Of a DNA stretch of 64,000 bases, positions 1-12,439 are shown piece after piece (the first letter of the stretch is position 1; each line of letters starts with the position of its first letter). The position numbers and the translations under genes were made by a program. The notes under the pieces were generated by a model, which did not search any database, was not told the DNA's origin, and saw only the letters and a program-made list of their open reading frames with translations. Source of the stretch: Octopus sinensis (Eukaryota). Location: assembly GCF_006345805.1 (NCBI RefSeq), contig NC_043010.1:16492001-16556000 (forward strand), in the 5' to 3' direction.

Positions 1-340
1 TGAGATCACTTCGGGAAGAAGATCGTGGGGCTGGCCTCTTCGAAGATAGAACTACCAACTCAAAGCAACACTGAATGCCACTGGAATTGAGCCCAAATCG
101 TTTGAAACACAAGCTCGAGATTGTACCAAGTGGCAGTATTCCACTACCATCGGAACCAAAAACTTCGAAGCCACCAGAAGAGAAAAGGAAGAAATCAAAC
201 GACAGGAGAGGAAAGCTCCGACAAAACCAACCTCCTCCTCCGCCAACATTGCCATGCCAGCCAATGCCTTTGACTCTTCTATGCAATAATTGGTCTACAG
301 AGTCATCGACGGCATCGCCATAAAGGAAGCGTTCAGCAAA
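1..340 (+). mobile_element. RTE-clade LINE, decayed ORF2 C-terminus (3' end)
   Basis: Hand translation LKATLNATGIEPKSFETQARDCTKW...FEATRREKEEIKRQERK, then a frameshifted CCHH-like tail (CHACQC..FYAIIGLQSHRRH) typical of RTE ORF2 ends. Confidence 0.7.
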
Positions 341-384
341 GAAGAAAATAAATACTCGGGTACAAGATAAAGCCGACGACGGTT

Positions 385-572
385 CATAGTATCTGTGTGT
401 GTGTGTGCGCGTGCGTGTTTGTGTGTGTTGTTGTTGTTGTTGTTGTTGTTGTGTGTGTGTGTGTGCATATATTTATGTGTATATGTAATGTATGTATGTA
501 TACGTGCCTGTTGAATTGTAAACATGAAGGCATATCATAAATACACATTTTGTGTGTGTGTGTGTGTGTGTG

Positions 573-609
<37 letters not shown>

Positions 610-610
610 G
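385..610. repeat. Compound microsatellite (GT)n/(GTT)n/(GTCT)n
   Basis: Directly visible; explains ORFs 295..525 and 384..686. Confidence 0.95.
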
Positions 611-1231
611 CGTCTTTGTATACACAGTTAAACAAGAGGTTTGCTTCTCGTGAAAACAATCTCATCATAGAAATGTTTGACACCAAAACTTGGTCAAGTT
701 ACCAAATGTTTATTTAAATAAGATATTAACAAGTGTTTCTTGATGGCTTCACATTCGTATACGATTCCTATTTATTTTTTTTATGTACGCCTGTGTGTGT
801 GTCTACTACTGTAATACATTGCATGTATTATTTCGGTACAATATTCTCTCGGGGTGGAGATCAGCAGTTCAGAACCTAAGAGAGGGAGGGAGGCAAGATG
901 ATTTTATAGATAAGAATGACTGGAGGTTGTTGGGAGTGGGGAGTCACCCGTATTTACTGAGAAAATATTAATTCCTCACCGCAGGCCGTCATTGAATTCT
1001 TCATTAACGTTAATTAACATCTCACTGTTGTCTCCTTCTGCCATTCTTGCCCTCCCCTCGATACGAATGTCATTTTTAATTATTTAAAATTTGATTGTTT
1101 ACTATGTTAAATATTTTAGCACCAACATAGCTCAATAGATAAATTATTAAGCTACATGCTCATAGGTCACAAGTTCAAACACATCTCAAGTATTTCTTTG
1201 AGTTTCTGCATCACACACACACACACACACA

Positions 1232-1286
<55 letters not shown>

Positions 1287-1552
1287 AGCAGAAAATGGAC
1301 AAAACTTTTGATCAACAAACAAACAAATTGACCAATAACATTTCTAACGGCCGTTTCGGCTGCTAATGTCAGTCAGAGTCTACAAAGAGAATTCCAAAAA
1401 TAATATTCGTCATCTTTATAGCACATTCGATCTAATAAATGGGGCTTCATCAGAGCGAATAGAAATACGTAAAATAAAAGAAGGGAAGAGGAAAGAGGAA
1501 AGAACAGGGCCTCGAGACGAGGCCAAAAGGTTCAATATATATATATAATATG

Positions 1553-2061
1553 GGATCTTTTCGGTTTGAACGGCAGTTTTTTCTAGCGGTGTCATGAAAT
1601 TGTCACCCATAATTATGACCCTAGTATCGATCTATTGCATTTCAATCTGTTTTAGGATTAGGGTTAGTTAGGGTTAGGGTTAGGGTTAGGGGTGGGGAGA
1701 AGGGTATCTTTTTTTCTTCACAAATGTAAGTAAACCCAATCTGTTTCTTAAACGAGGGACATATTCATATGGCACAGAATGTTTTTTTTTTACCTCAATA
1801 GACGTCAGTAATTGGTTGAAATTGCAGAAATTGAAGAAAAAAACAACAAATATCTTACAAACTATAAATTAACTATGATTAGTTGAAATTGCAGAAATTG
1901 AAGAAAAGAAACAACAAATATCTTACAAACTATAGAATTTTCTCAATAAAGCCAAGAGAAAAAGATATTTTATAAACACATTCTACCAGTATACGAAGTT
2001 TAAAATTTTTTAGTTACCTAGATTTTATGTTAAAAAACTGCCGTTCAAACCGAAAAGATCC
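1553..2061. mobile_element. Merlin-like MITE copy 1 (509 bp)
   Basis: 29-bp TIR GGATCTTTTCGGTTTGAACGGCAGTTTTT at both ends; perfect 8-bp TSD ATAATATG (1545-1552, 2062-2069); internal TTAGGG run and an internal tandem duplication (~1810-1935). GG termini plus 8-bp TSD fit Merlin/IS1016. Confidence 0.85.
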
Positions 2062-2874
2062 ATAATATGTACATAATATATATATGTGTATTCTGCAATT
2101 GCTGTGTTACGTTTTTGTTTTGTGTGTGTGTGTGTGTGTGTGTATACACGTGCGCGCGTACACTTATACTTAGACAATTCACACGTACGATGAGAAAGGA
2201 AGGGATCAATGGTTAGGTAGTCACTGTACTTGCTAGAAATAGCAGCCGAATTCTCTTAAACACCATACTATCGCTTTGAAAGGAAAAGAAAGAAGATATT
2301 AGACAATCTTGTTTGTAGGAGCACCAGTTACGTCTAAAACGCCTTTGATTCTAGTCAAACCAGTGATGGTAGATATTTGGAAAGTGGAATATTTTTCTTG
2401 ATAACATTTCGTATTTTCTCAAGTTGATTTCATTAAGGGCCGACGTCGAACCATCTGAGTCCCCACCACCACCACCACCGCCGCCTGTTCTCACAACATT
2501 TCATTCATCACCTGCTACGCAATGTTTAGACAGAGATATATTAATATTTTTCTGTCTGTCTGTCCCACTTTCCTGTGTGTGTGTGTCAGAGAGATAGAGA
2601 GAGAGAGAGAGAAAGGCAGACAGACAGAAAGGGAGACACACATAGGTAGGGTGGGAATGCATCTATGTTTCAATCAAATAACTGATTAACCATTTGTTGA
2701 CTCAGTGCATTACATATTATCTTTGTGTGTGTGTGTGTGTTTGGTAATGTGTTTTTTATGCAGAGGTCCTCCGTGGGAAATTTCCTCGTCTCATTCATTT
2801 TATATTGTGCCTAATCAGCAAATGTTTTAATCTTCACTCAAGTTCTTTGTATTCTGTCAAAGGACTGCTAAGTC

Positions 2875-3250
2875 GGAGTATATCACTCTACGGAAACCAA
2901 CAGGAATCCCTCTGTACAATCGAATACTGAACCTCTGAATAACGGGTATGCTACTTCCTCACTCAGATATTCCCAACCATTGCAATGGCACAACACTAAT
3001 CATCAAAAGATATGATGCCACATCACTTGGAGTTTAAAATCATATCAAGAAAATATTTCCTGTTGATAATTGATCCATTCCCCGAAAAAGGCTCAGTGCA
3101 ATGTTCAAAGATTTCAGTTTCTTGCCAAGTAAAGGTTTTACTTTAGCCATTGTTGCACTGGACCTGGCAGGTCCTGTATTTTACAGGGGAAACTTTGTGT
3201 TGGTAATACAAGAGTTGGCAATACTGTTCCTTCATAGTCGCATCACAGAA
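2875..3250 (+). mobile_element. Helitron Rep/Hel helicase remnant (PIF1-like C-terminal part)
   Basis: Broken frames give PTGIPLYNRILNL*ITGMLLPHSDIPNHCNGTTLIIKR, QRFQF, LAIVALDLAGPVF and KLCVGNTRVGN, matching Helitron motifs MLLRNL...LCNGTRL, RLQFP, VGLDL..PVF.HGQLYV..SRVG. Confidence 0.7.
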
Positions 3251-3379
3251 AGTAAGAATAACGTTCAGCTTGAAACTTTGGACTAAACGCTTCAGAATAA
3301 GACCGTTCCGTTGTCAATCCCCTTTTCACTTGAAATACACGGAGATCATAATTCTCTCGTCATTTTGAATGCATATCCA

Positions 3380-3392
3380 AGCATTACACACT

Positions 3393-3425
<33 letters not shown>

Positions 3426-3487
3426 GCATTTGCGTATATATATTATTACACATTTAGATGTATATATGTATGTGAAGCGTATATGAG

Positions 3488-3520
<33 letters not shown>

Positions 3521-3565
3521 CGTGTGTGTATGTATACATATATGTACGTATATGATTTATGTATG

Positions 3566-3623
<58 letters not shown>

Positions 3624-3900
3624 ATATATATAAACCAGCTTAGAGAAGAAGAAACGAAACGAAACCAAACGAATCGAATCGAATCGGCGCGAAGGCGCTC
3701 AGTCATACAATAGTGTAATATATATATATATATACACATATATACATACGATGTACAGATATGTATATGTATGTGTACGTACGTATGTATGCATGTATGT
3801 ATGTGTGTGTATGTATGTATGTATGCATGTATGTATGTGTGTGTATGTATGTATGTATGTATGTATGTATGTATGTATGTGTGTGTGTAAATGTATATTA
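3380..3900. repeat. (CA)n/(TA)n/(ATGT)n microsatellite cluster
   Basis: Directly visible. Confidence 0.95.
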
Positions 3901-4441
3901 TGTATCGATGTACAATTATTATTCCTAACGCAGTGTTGCGGTGTGAAATAAATCCAATGAAAATAATTGTTGCTAAGAAAACTATTAAACTCTAACATAA
4001 AAGACATGTAAAAGCATTTGTCAACATTTGTTACAGAAAAGTTTATGTAAAGCAACGACCGTGGGAATAATATTACAAGCAGAACATTTCACTTGACAAA
4101 AATGTTGAGATATCAACCGGTTCATTGCTTAATCCTCTTATTATGAAAACAAACTTTTCTCTGGTTTATGACTTCGACAAATTGGCGCTTATGTTAGTAA
4201 TCACGGTCGTGGTCATCATCGTCATCATCATCATTATCATGATCATGTAGACTACAGAGTCTCTATGTAGTGACTCAACGTTCTAGAAATAATAGCCAAA
4301 TAACTCCTAATTCACACTAAGCCTGATTTAATATATATATTTATATATAATAAAATAGGGTAATAATAAATTATTATTACCAGTGGCCTAGCACAAAAAA
4401 CGAATTAGTCATTAGACTATATATTATTCATATAGAAATAC

Positions 4442-4617
4442 AATAAGAAGCTTCCAAATAGGAAAGCGTTGTGCTAGAAAGTGCAGTAGAAATCTCAAGA
4501 CCACAGTTGAGATGGTAAACGTTTTTAATTTTCGTTCCTTTCGTGAATTTATCCTTTTTGTGGTCTTGAGATTTCTACTGCTCTTTCTAGCACAGCGCTT
4601 TCCTATTTGGAAGCCTC

Positions 4618-4622
<5 letters not shown>
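4442..4622. repeat. Inverted repeat / MITE-like hairpin, 64-bp arms
   Basis: 4442-4505 vs 4559-4622 are reverse complements with 3 differences; 53-bp spacer. Confidence 0.85.
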
Positions 4623-4707
<85 letters not shown>

Positions 4708-4711
<4 letters not shown>

Positions 4712-5165
4712 TTTGGCCATAATGTTCAAATGGCGGATGAACGCACACCCAAACAGCTGTTCTATGGCGAGCTTGCAGAAGGGAAGCGCAATCGACGCAA
4801 ACCTAAAACGTGGTTTAAGGACAGCATAAGGACTACTATGAAGTCACTTGGAATGGATCCAGAGGCCATAGAAACCCTTGCTTCGGATCAAGCTGGATGG
4901 CGAACCAAAGTATGGAAAGCTTTTGAGGAGGCCGGGATGACACATGCAAGACTCGAGAGAGATTTTAAAAAGAACGTTGCGATCAACGAGCTTTTTGTGT
5001 GCACAAACCATGCTTTTCTTTTGCTGAGCACAAATGAACCTCCACCTACTATTCTGCCTATGTATCTGGGCACACATTTTAATGCCGTATATGCCATAAG
5101 GTCTGTAATTCTAATGGAGGCCTCAAAAGATATTTTAAGATCCACAAAGGTCAGAACTTAACTGC
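4708..5165 (+). mobile_element. RTE-clade LINE 3' fragment
   Basis: ORF 4607..5161 contains WFGHNVQMADERTPKQLFYGELAEGKRNRRKPKTWFKDSIR...DQAGWR; frameshifted zinc finger CSICHKVCNSNGGLKRHFKIH. Confidence 0.85.
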
Positions 5166-5334
5166 AGCTCTTGATGGTCCAAATTGGATGTGCAATCTAT
5201 GTGAGTGTCTTTTCAAAACATTGTCTGGTGTAAAAAGCCACATCAGACGCTATGCTGGATCTAAGGTGTTGGTACAAGAGGTGGTCAAACTCTGCATAAG
5301 GAGTAGACAACCACCATATATATAATTATATATA

Positions 5335-5391
<57 letters not shown>

Positions 5392-5707
5392 TATATATAC
5401 AAATTGAGATAGGGGTTGTAAATGCAACCCTCCATGGGATAACATATATCCAATATACTGCTAGTGAAGTACCAACAAAGTTAATGCAAAAATGTTAATG
5501 ATTGCGATGCAATCAATTCATTTACTGTATAATATGGGCAAAGGTAAAATGATTTACCACAAATTACTAATACAAGATAAGAAAATGGAGAAATACATCT
5601 AAATCAAATATTAATTACCAGATAATACTCAATCACATACTTTATTAAACCACCACATAAGAGACTGTAGGGTTAAATATAAAAAGCAGAACAAATCATA
5701 TATATAT

Positions 5708-5870
5708 AGGCGCAGGAGTGGCTGTGTGGTAAGTAGCTTGCTAACCAACCACATGGTTCCGGGTTCAGTCCCACTGCGTGGCATCTTGGGCAAGTGTCTT
5801 CTGCTATAATCCCGGGCCGACCAATGCCTTGTGAGTGGATTTGGTTGAAGGAAACTGAAAGAAGCCTGTC

Positions 5871-5940
<70 letters not shown>

Positions 5941-6136
5941 TTGTCCCCCTAGCATTGCTTGACAACCGATGCTGGTGTGTTTACGTCCCCGTCACTTAGC
6001 GGTTCGTCAAAAGAGACCGATAGAATAAGTACTGGGCTTACAAAGAATAAGTCCCGGGGTCGATTTGCTCGACTAAAGGCGGTGCTCCAGCATGGCCGCA
6101 GTCAAATGACTGAAACAAGTAAAAGAGTAAAAGAGT
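5708..6136 (+). mobile_element. tRNA-derived SINE (abundant family with internal (TA)n), full length
   Basis: A-box-like TGGCTGTGTGGT and B-box-like GGTTCAGTCCC head; AAAAGAGT tail repeat; near-identical to 18358-18760. Diverged copies at ~14490-14850(-), 37965-38150(-), 38860-38990(-), 43580-43740(+), 47780-48135(-), 50340-50500(+), 60940-61320(-). Confidence 0.85.
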
Positions 6137-6146
6137 ATATATATAT

Positions 6147-6285
<139 letters not shown>

Positions 6286-7045
6286 TGGTAGTTGTCTACC
6301 AATTTTTAGTCTTATTTAGTGTTTGGAACTTCCATCTAGCTATTCATCTGTTAACTTGCAAAGATTGAAGTGGTATGTCATGGAATAATTCATATAAAAT
6401 GACAAAACAGCCAAGAATTAGTCTCAGAGAACGATGCCATTCTTAGCTACATCAAAAGATCTTGCTGGAGAGACAATATTTGCCATAATATAGTAAATAA
6501 ATATAGAATATTGATTAAGAAAGACAAATTTATATCTTGAGAAGATACCACATATTTATTTCCTCCTTGCTGTTGATATTAACTAAAGGTCACACAGCAG
6601 AAGTATAATATCGAATGAGGACAACCTGGTAGCAAGAATCATGCTGCCGATGGTGAAATGGCTTCTCTTTGTACGTTAAGAAATGATACTTGAGGTTATG
6701 GAATGAGAAAAGAGGTTTCGTATTCATGAAATGATTGGTGGTAGATCGTTGAATAAAGTCGGTGGAGTTCGTTTGGAAAGAAATGATGCAAAGGTACGCT
6801 CAGCTGGAGCAAGGAAGTCTGTGTTTGTGCGTGCTCAAGCAAGTGAATCTGTACGATAAGTCTGTGTGTGTGTGTGGAGGGGTTCTGTACATAAATGTAA
6901 GACGTAGTGATGCAGCCAACTTATTTTCATTATGAAGGTGAGACGGAGATCATTTTAATAAGTAAAGAATTTATGTTGTATGGTATTTCATATGCTGGTA
7001 TATGACTATATATTATGTAGATGCACGCGTGTGTGTGTGTGTGTA

Positions 7046-7776
7046 TAAAAGTGGCACTCCGTCAATTGCGACGACGAGTGTTCTAGTTGATCCGATCAAC
7101 GGAACAGCCTACTCGTGAGCACTCTACAGACACGCGTACCCTTAACGCAGTTTTCAAGGAGGTTCGGCGCGACACACAACGTAACACGGCTGGCCCTTTG
7201 AATCACATGTACAACTCAATTTTGCCACTTGGGTGGACTGGAGCAACGAGAAATAAAGTATCTGGCTCAAGGACACAACGCGCCGCTGCGAATCGAACTC
7301 GCGACCTTACGATCGTGAGCCGAAGGATCTTTTCGGTTTGAATGGCAGTTTTTTCTAGCAGTGTCATATGAAATTGTCACCCATAATTATGACCCTAGTA
7401 TCGATCTATTGCATTTCAATCGCTTTTACGGTTAGGGTTAGGGGTGGGGGGAAGGATATCTTTTTTCTTCACAAATGTAAATAAACCCAATCTGTTTCTT
7501 AAACGAGGGACATATTCATACGGCACAGAATGTTTTCACCTCAATAGACGTCAGTGATTGGTTGAAATTGCAGAAATTGAAGAAAAAAACAACAAATATC
7601 TTACAAACTATAGAATTTTCTCAATAAAGCCAAGAGAAAAAGATGTTTTATAAACACATTCTACCAGTATACGAAGTTTAAAATTTTTTAGTTACGTAGA
7701 AATTATGTTAAAAACTGCCGTTCAAACCGAAAAGATCCGAGCCGAATACACTAACCCCTAAGCCACGTGACTTCAC
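7046..7776 (-). mobile_element. tRNA-derived SINE (second family) split by a MITE
   Basis: Minus strand reads GTGAAGTCACGTGGCTTAGGGGTTAGTGTATTCGGCTC|ACGATCGTAAGGTCGCGAGTTCGATTC (A/B boxes), interrupted at 7325-7738. Related copies at ~11109-11405(+), 48592-48915(+), 57015-57263(-). Confidence 0.8.
7325..7738. mobile_element. Merlin-like MITE copy 2 (414 bp)
   Basis: Same TIRs (one mismatch at left); perfect 8-bp TSD GAGCCGAA (7317-7324, 7739-7746); removing it restores the host SINE. Confidence 0.9.
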
Positions 7777-8446
7777 ATGTATGTGTGTGTGTGTGTGTGT
7801 GTGCATTTAGGTGGGGAGGGAGGACAAAGGAGAGACTTGGATATCGTACTCAGAGCCTCAGTGCATGACTGGGTTTTGATGTGTAAACCAGCCCCTGTTC
7901 ACCCCCTCCACCAACACCATTACAACTCATTTATTATGCAATCTCGAGACATATCTGGGGTTTTTTTCTTCTTCTTCTTCTTCTCGTGTCTGTTTTATTG
8001 TTTTGCTTTCGTGTTTGAAGAACCTCATTTTAGAGAATAACACAAAGAATTCGTTTATAAATTTTATAAAAGATACTCATTCTAGAACAAAATAGAGATA
8101 AGTAATCTGTTGTTGTATGAATGCGTGTTTCTGTGTTTAAAACTGCGTGAAATGAACTGACATGGAATGGAGTAAATAATATATTTTCCTGCACTGGCTT
8201 CGACTTTTGAGCTGTTTACTTCGAACTTCAGTTCTACAACTCGTCATCAGTTACTGACCGACATGGTTCCTCTTAGTGAAAACAAAATAACAATGAATGC
8301 TTTCACAATTTCAGCCATAAAGCATTAGTCTTTCTCTTACTAACAATGCTGTTTATGTTTTCATCGTATACCTCTGCGCGCGCACGCGCGTGTCTGCGTA
8401 CGCGCGTGTCTGCGTACGCGTGCTCTTGTCCGAGGAGACTTCATAA

Positions 8447-8812
8447 TCTATATATATATAAACGGCAAAATGTCTGTCTGTCTGTGTGTGTCCTTTATAC
8501 AAATCCACAATTTTTCAGTTAGAGGGCTCACACTTTCTATGGTCATTCAAAACCGTCCAAGGGTGGTCGTGCACATCTTTACATTTCCCCAGTCACCCCA
8601 CAAAGCCATTAAAAAATCAATAGAAGTAACTTTTTTGTGAATTTTCTATCCAAAACCCAATCAAAATGCCCGAAACTTGATACACCAATTGAATGCCAGC
8701 TAGCTGTATGTGATTGGTCGGAGATTTGGACAGCACTCGCGTGTATGTACGCACGCAGCTGTATATGCATGCACTAGCACTATGACCCGGCGTTGCTGGG
8801 TCATAGTGCTAG
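8447..8812 (+). mobile_element. Non-autonomous Helitron (366 bp)
   Basis: A|TCTATATATATAAA...GTCTGTCTGT 5' end, terminal hairpin, CTAG|T 3' end, inserted between A and T with no TSD. Confidence 0.85.
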
Positions 8813-8859
8813 TTTGATATAAAACCGTCCGGTAAGCTTATATATCAAGCTTAATTTAT

Positions 8860-9050
8860 AATACTGTATTAATAATGATTTTTTTTCGTTTTCTCTCCAT
8901 TTTTCCCCAATTCATCCTTTCTGTCGAAGAGCGTATGCCCCAAACGTCAAAGACTTATCCATTTTTTCCGAGCGTTAAACCAATACATCTGTTTGTTGTT
9001 CCTTCGTCTGTCTTCGTCTTTTGTTTTCTGTAAATTTGAACTATAGTATA
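8860..9050 (+). mobile_element. Penelope-like terminal repeat with degenerate hammerhead
   Basis: CTTT-CTGTCGA-AGAGCGTATGCCC-CAAACGTC-AAAG at ~8917-8952; homologous to 29030-29190. Confidence 0.6.
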
Positions 9051-10434
9051 TTGAGAGAGAGAGAGAGAGAGAATAGGGCAGGAGTGAGATATGCAATGCT
9101 TCACGTGTTGATCTGCTGTTGCGATAAAACCTATTTAATTAAGTTGTGATGTAATTATAAAATTATGAAACAGATCGAATTAACAACATTAGTCTTAAAT
9201 ACACAATCTTACTCCCCATTCATTTAGTTGAAAAAACTGCAGGTGACATCGGACAAAAGAGGCCATATCTGCGGATGAGGTAGAGAGAGGGGGAGAGAGA
9301 GAGAAAGAAAGAGAGAGAGAGAGAGCGCTATATCTGAGGTGGGTGGGTACAGATTTTAGTTCTTTCCGAAGAATGATTCTAATGGTGCCTGTGGTTCCTT
9401 GGTACCTTCACTCTGCAAGTAATTCCCATTAGCTGCTTTTTCCAGGACACGTTTCATTGCTTTGCTCTCTCAACAAAGACATGCTCAGCAGTAAAGATCA
9501 TTTTGAAACTGAGCCGTTCAGTAGCAAGGATTCTTTCTCACGTTGTTGGTCCTTCAGTTGGGTCTTCAAGTTTATTCTGGATGCTAACTTTTGTTGCCGC
9601 TCTTCGATATCTAAAAACCATGAGACTCCTGACCACAACTTCTTCCCAAACTCGGACCATATTGTTCCCTGTTATTTTGTGTCAGGCTGCTCTGATATCC
9701 AAAGCTTTCATGCTACAGTAATTCCTCTTAGACTGTTCATCGTGGTCATATTCAGCTAGTTTCTTTGAAAGTGGGATGAAAGTGCCAAGCCCCTTATCCG
9801 TATATCAGAAAAGCAAAGTTTCGTTTGGTGATAAGCAAACTACTTCGACAAAAATATAAGTCTAAACGCTGTGGCGATTCTTAGAATGGCCTGCAGCATT
9901 ATCAATGTCTTAGGTTCAATGTTTGTTTACTGCTGTATGACACAAACAATTTCGTAGTCAACGGGGTTAGCACGAGGCAGAGGATCACCGTGCATGCACT
10001 CACACACACACGCACAAACTGATATAAATGTTGGTCCGTTAGTTGATTTCTTCCGTTATACTTAACATCGCATTAGGAGAGGGAGAGAGAGAGAGAGAGA
10101 AGAGGTGTAGTATGAGTGATGAGTGTCTTATAACTCTCTCAAAAATACTCATTATTTTATGAAATTTCGCCGAGATGGGTTTTCGATGGAGTAGATTACG
10201 GTTATGGCGATAAAATCTAGAAAAATAATAAAATTGCAAAATATACAAATGAGAAACTTCGTTTATTTGATTTTATTTTTAGATAATAGATAATTTCTTT
10301 TTGAAAATTAATATTCATTTCTTCATTTTGTTTAAACACCAAGAAATTTGATAAAAGTGAAATTATAATTATTATATATGTGGTATATTTCCTGATATTA
10401 CCCATGGTTAAAATATACTTCCGGAGTTACCCAT

Positions 10435-10908
10435 CAAGTGTACGTATCTATGTATCTATGTATGCATGCATGTATGAATGTATGTAAGTACGTATGTACG
10501 TATGTATGTATGTACGTACGTATGTATGTATGTATGCTTGCATGTATGTATGTATGTATGTGTATGTATGTATGTATGTATGTATGTATGTATGTATGTA
10601 TGTATGTATGTATGTATGTATTCATGTATGTATGTACGTATGTATGTATTCATGTATGTATGTACGTATGTACGTATGTATGTATGTATGTATGTATGTA
10701 TGTATGTATGTATGCATGTATGTATGTATGTATGTATGCATGCGTGCATGCATCTATGTATGTATGTATGTTTGCATGCATGCATTCATGTATGTATGTA
10801 TGCATCTATGTATGTATGTTTGCATGCATGCATCTATGTATGTATGTATGTTTGCATGCATGTATGTAGGTATGTATGTATGTATGTATGTATGTATGTT
10901 TGTATGTA
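10435..10908. repeat. Long (ATGT)n tetranucleotide satellite with ATGC/ACGT variants
   Basis: Directly visible; source of the MYVC/HTYI ORFs. Confidence 0.95.
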
Positions 10909-11108
10909 ATCGGTCAGTTGTTCATAAGTCCGAAAACAAGCTCAAGTTAGACACTTTTTTGAGTGGTAATGGCCGGTCAGAAAGTTACCTTTGGTTCCAT
11001 GCACGTCTGTTGTTACTCTTACCAATATAGGGCGTCTCCTCACTGACCATAACCAGCAACTACATTCTCTGTGTATGTGTGAGAGCGTGTGTGAGAGTGT
11101 GTGTGTGT

Positions 11109-11405
11109 GAAGGCGTATGGCCCAGTGATTAGTGTTTTACACTCACGATCGCAAAATCGTGTTTTCGATTCCCTGATCGGTGTCGCGTTGTGTTCTTGAG
11201 CAAAACTCTCCGTTTCACGTTGCCCCAGTCCACTCAGCTGTAAATGGGTCAGCCTGCGACGGACTGGCGTTCCGTTTCAGAGGGAATGTTACCCTATACA
11301 CATAGCCAATTGGCTGGCGCCAATCGAAAGCCTCAACAATGCGAAGAAGAGCACTGTGACCAGCGGTGTATTACATCATTCTGTAGTCTGGTCGATACAA
11401 TAACA
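11109..11405 (+). mobile_element. tRNA-derived SINE (second family)
   Basis: TGGCCCAGTGATTAG A box, GTTTCGATTCC B box, GTTCTTGAGCAA...CCAGTCCACTCAGCTGTAAATGGG central domain. Confidence 0.75.
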
Positions 11406-11790
11406 CATTGATGTGTGTGTGTGTGTGTGCGTGTGCATGTGTATGTTGGAGATGTCTGGTGTTTATTCAAGGTCGAATCTTTGTAGGTCGCTGCTTTCAT
11501 TAAAAAAATGAATTAAGATAAACTAATTTGCAATGTCTGTCCTTTCAAACCCCCGAAACAAAAAGCTTTTTACTTAATCATTTCTTCGCTGCCTTCCCCC
11601 ACCCCCACCCCTACCGCTCCTCCTCCATCAATTTTTTTTTTCATTCTTGCAAAACAAACGGAGCCCTTACTGTGTCCTCTTAATTTATCTGTCCGTCAGT
11701 CCATCTCTGTCTAGCTCTGTGTTTGTGTGTTTGTGTATGCATGAATAAATTCACACACACACACACACAGACACACACACACGCACACGC

Positions 11791-11828
<38 letters not shown>

Positions 11829-12439
11829 TTTGTTGTTCCTTCATTCGCTGATAAAGTCGCCACGTTCACCGATGCCTCCACCTCAAATAGTTTTTTTTTC
11901 TTTTTACTTTTTAAATGGTCTCTGACATTTAAACAACGTTTATTGTTGTTTAGTCGTGCTGCCCAAGTGTCAAGTGGCATTCTCGAAGAACTGAAGAGAT
12001 TCTTGTGGAGGCACGCTGCCATCAACTACTAGTACGAATGTCATTTAGGGAAAAGACAAGCACAGCAGCATGTTGTTGTTGATGTTGTTGTTATCTTGTT
12101 CTTATGGAATCGATCGAAGTTTGTGCGTGTGTGTACATCAGGTCGCGAACAAGGGGTGAATGGTTTAAAAACTCACTTTTTATTGGCAAGATTTCGAGTT
12201 CGATCTCACTGGCCTTTTGGACCACTTGGATTTCTCGATCGCCCCAGGAAGCTTGTCCGATGAATTTTCCCCTTTACTTTGTCCTACAGTGTGTCGTGTT
12301 ATGTTTCTCTGAAAAGTAAGAATAAACTTATCTTTGCAACGCTTTATCACTCATTCCATTCATCAGATCAGTTGTCGTCCGTTCAGTCTGTCGAACAACC
12401 TCGATGAAATCGAAGGAGCGATTTTCCAGTTACTCCTGG

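Noticed and set aside
1661-1697. True telomere or chromosome-fusion site
   Set aside because: The repeats are internal to a MITE bounded by TIRs and a TSD.
6590-6850. CR1/L2/Jockey-type LINE 3' remnant on minus strand
   Set aside because: Only a weak TLFNDLP resemblance; too degraded to support.
8190-8255. Hammerhead on minus strand (CTGATGA...GAAGCCAGT)
   Set aside because: The GAAA box and helices are degenerate; at most an old Penelope remnant.
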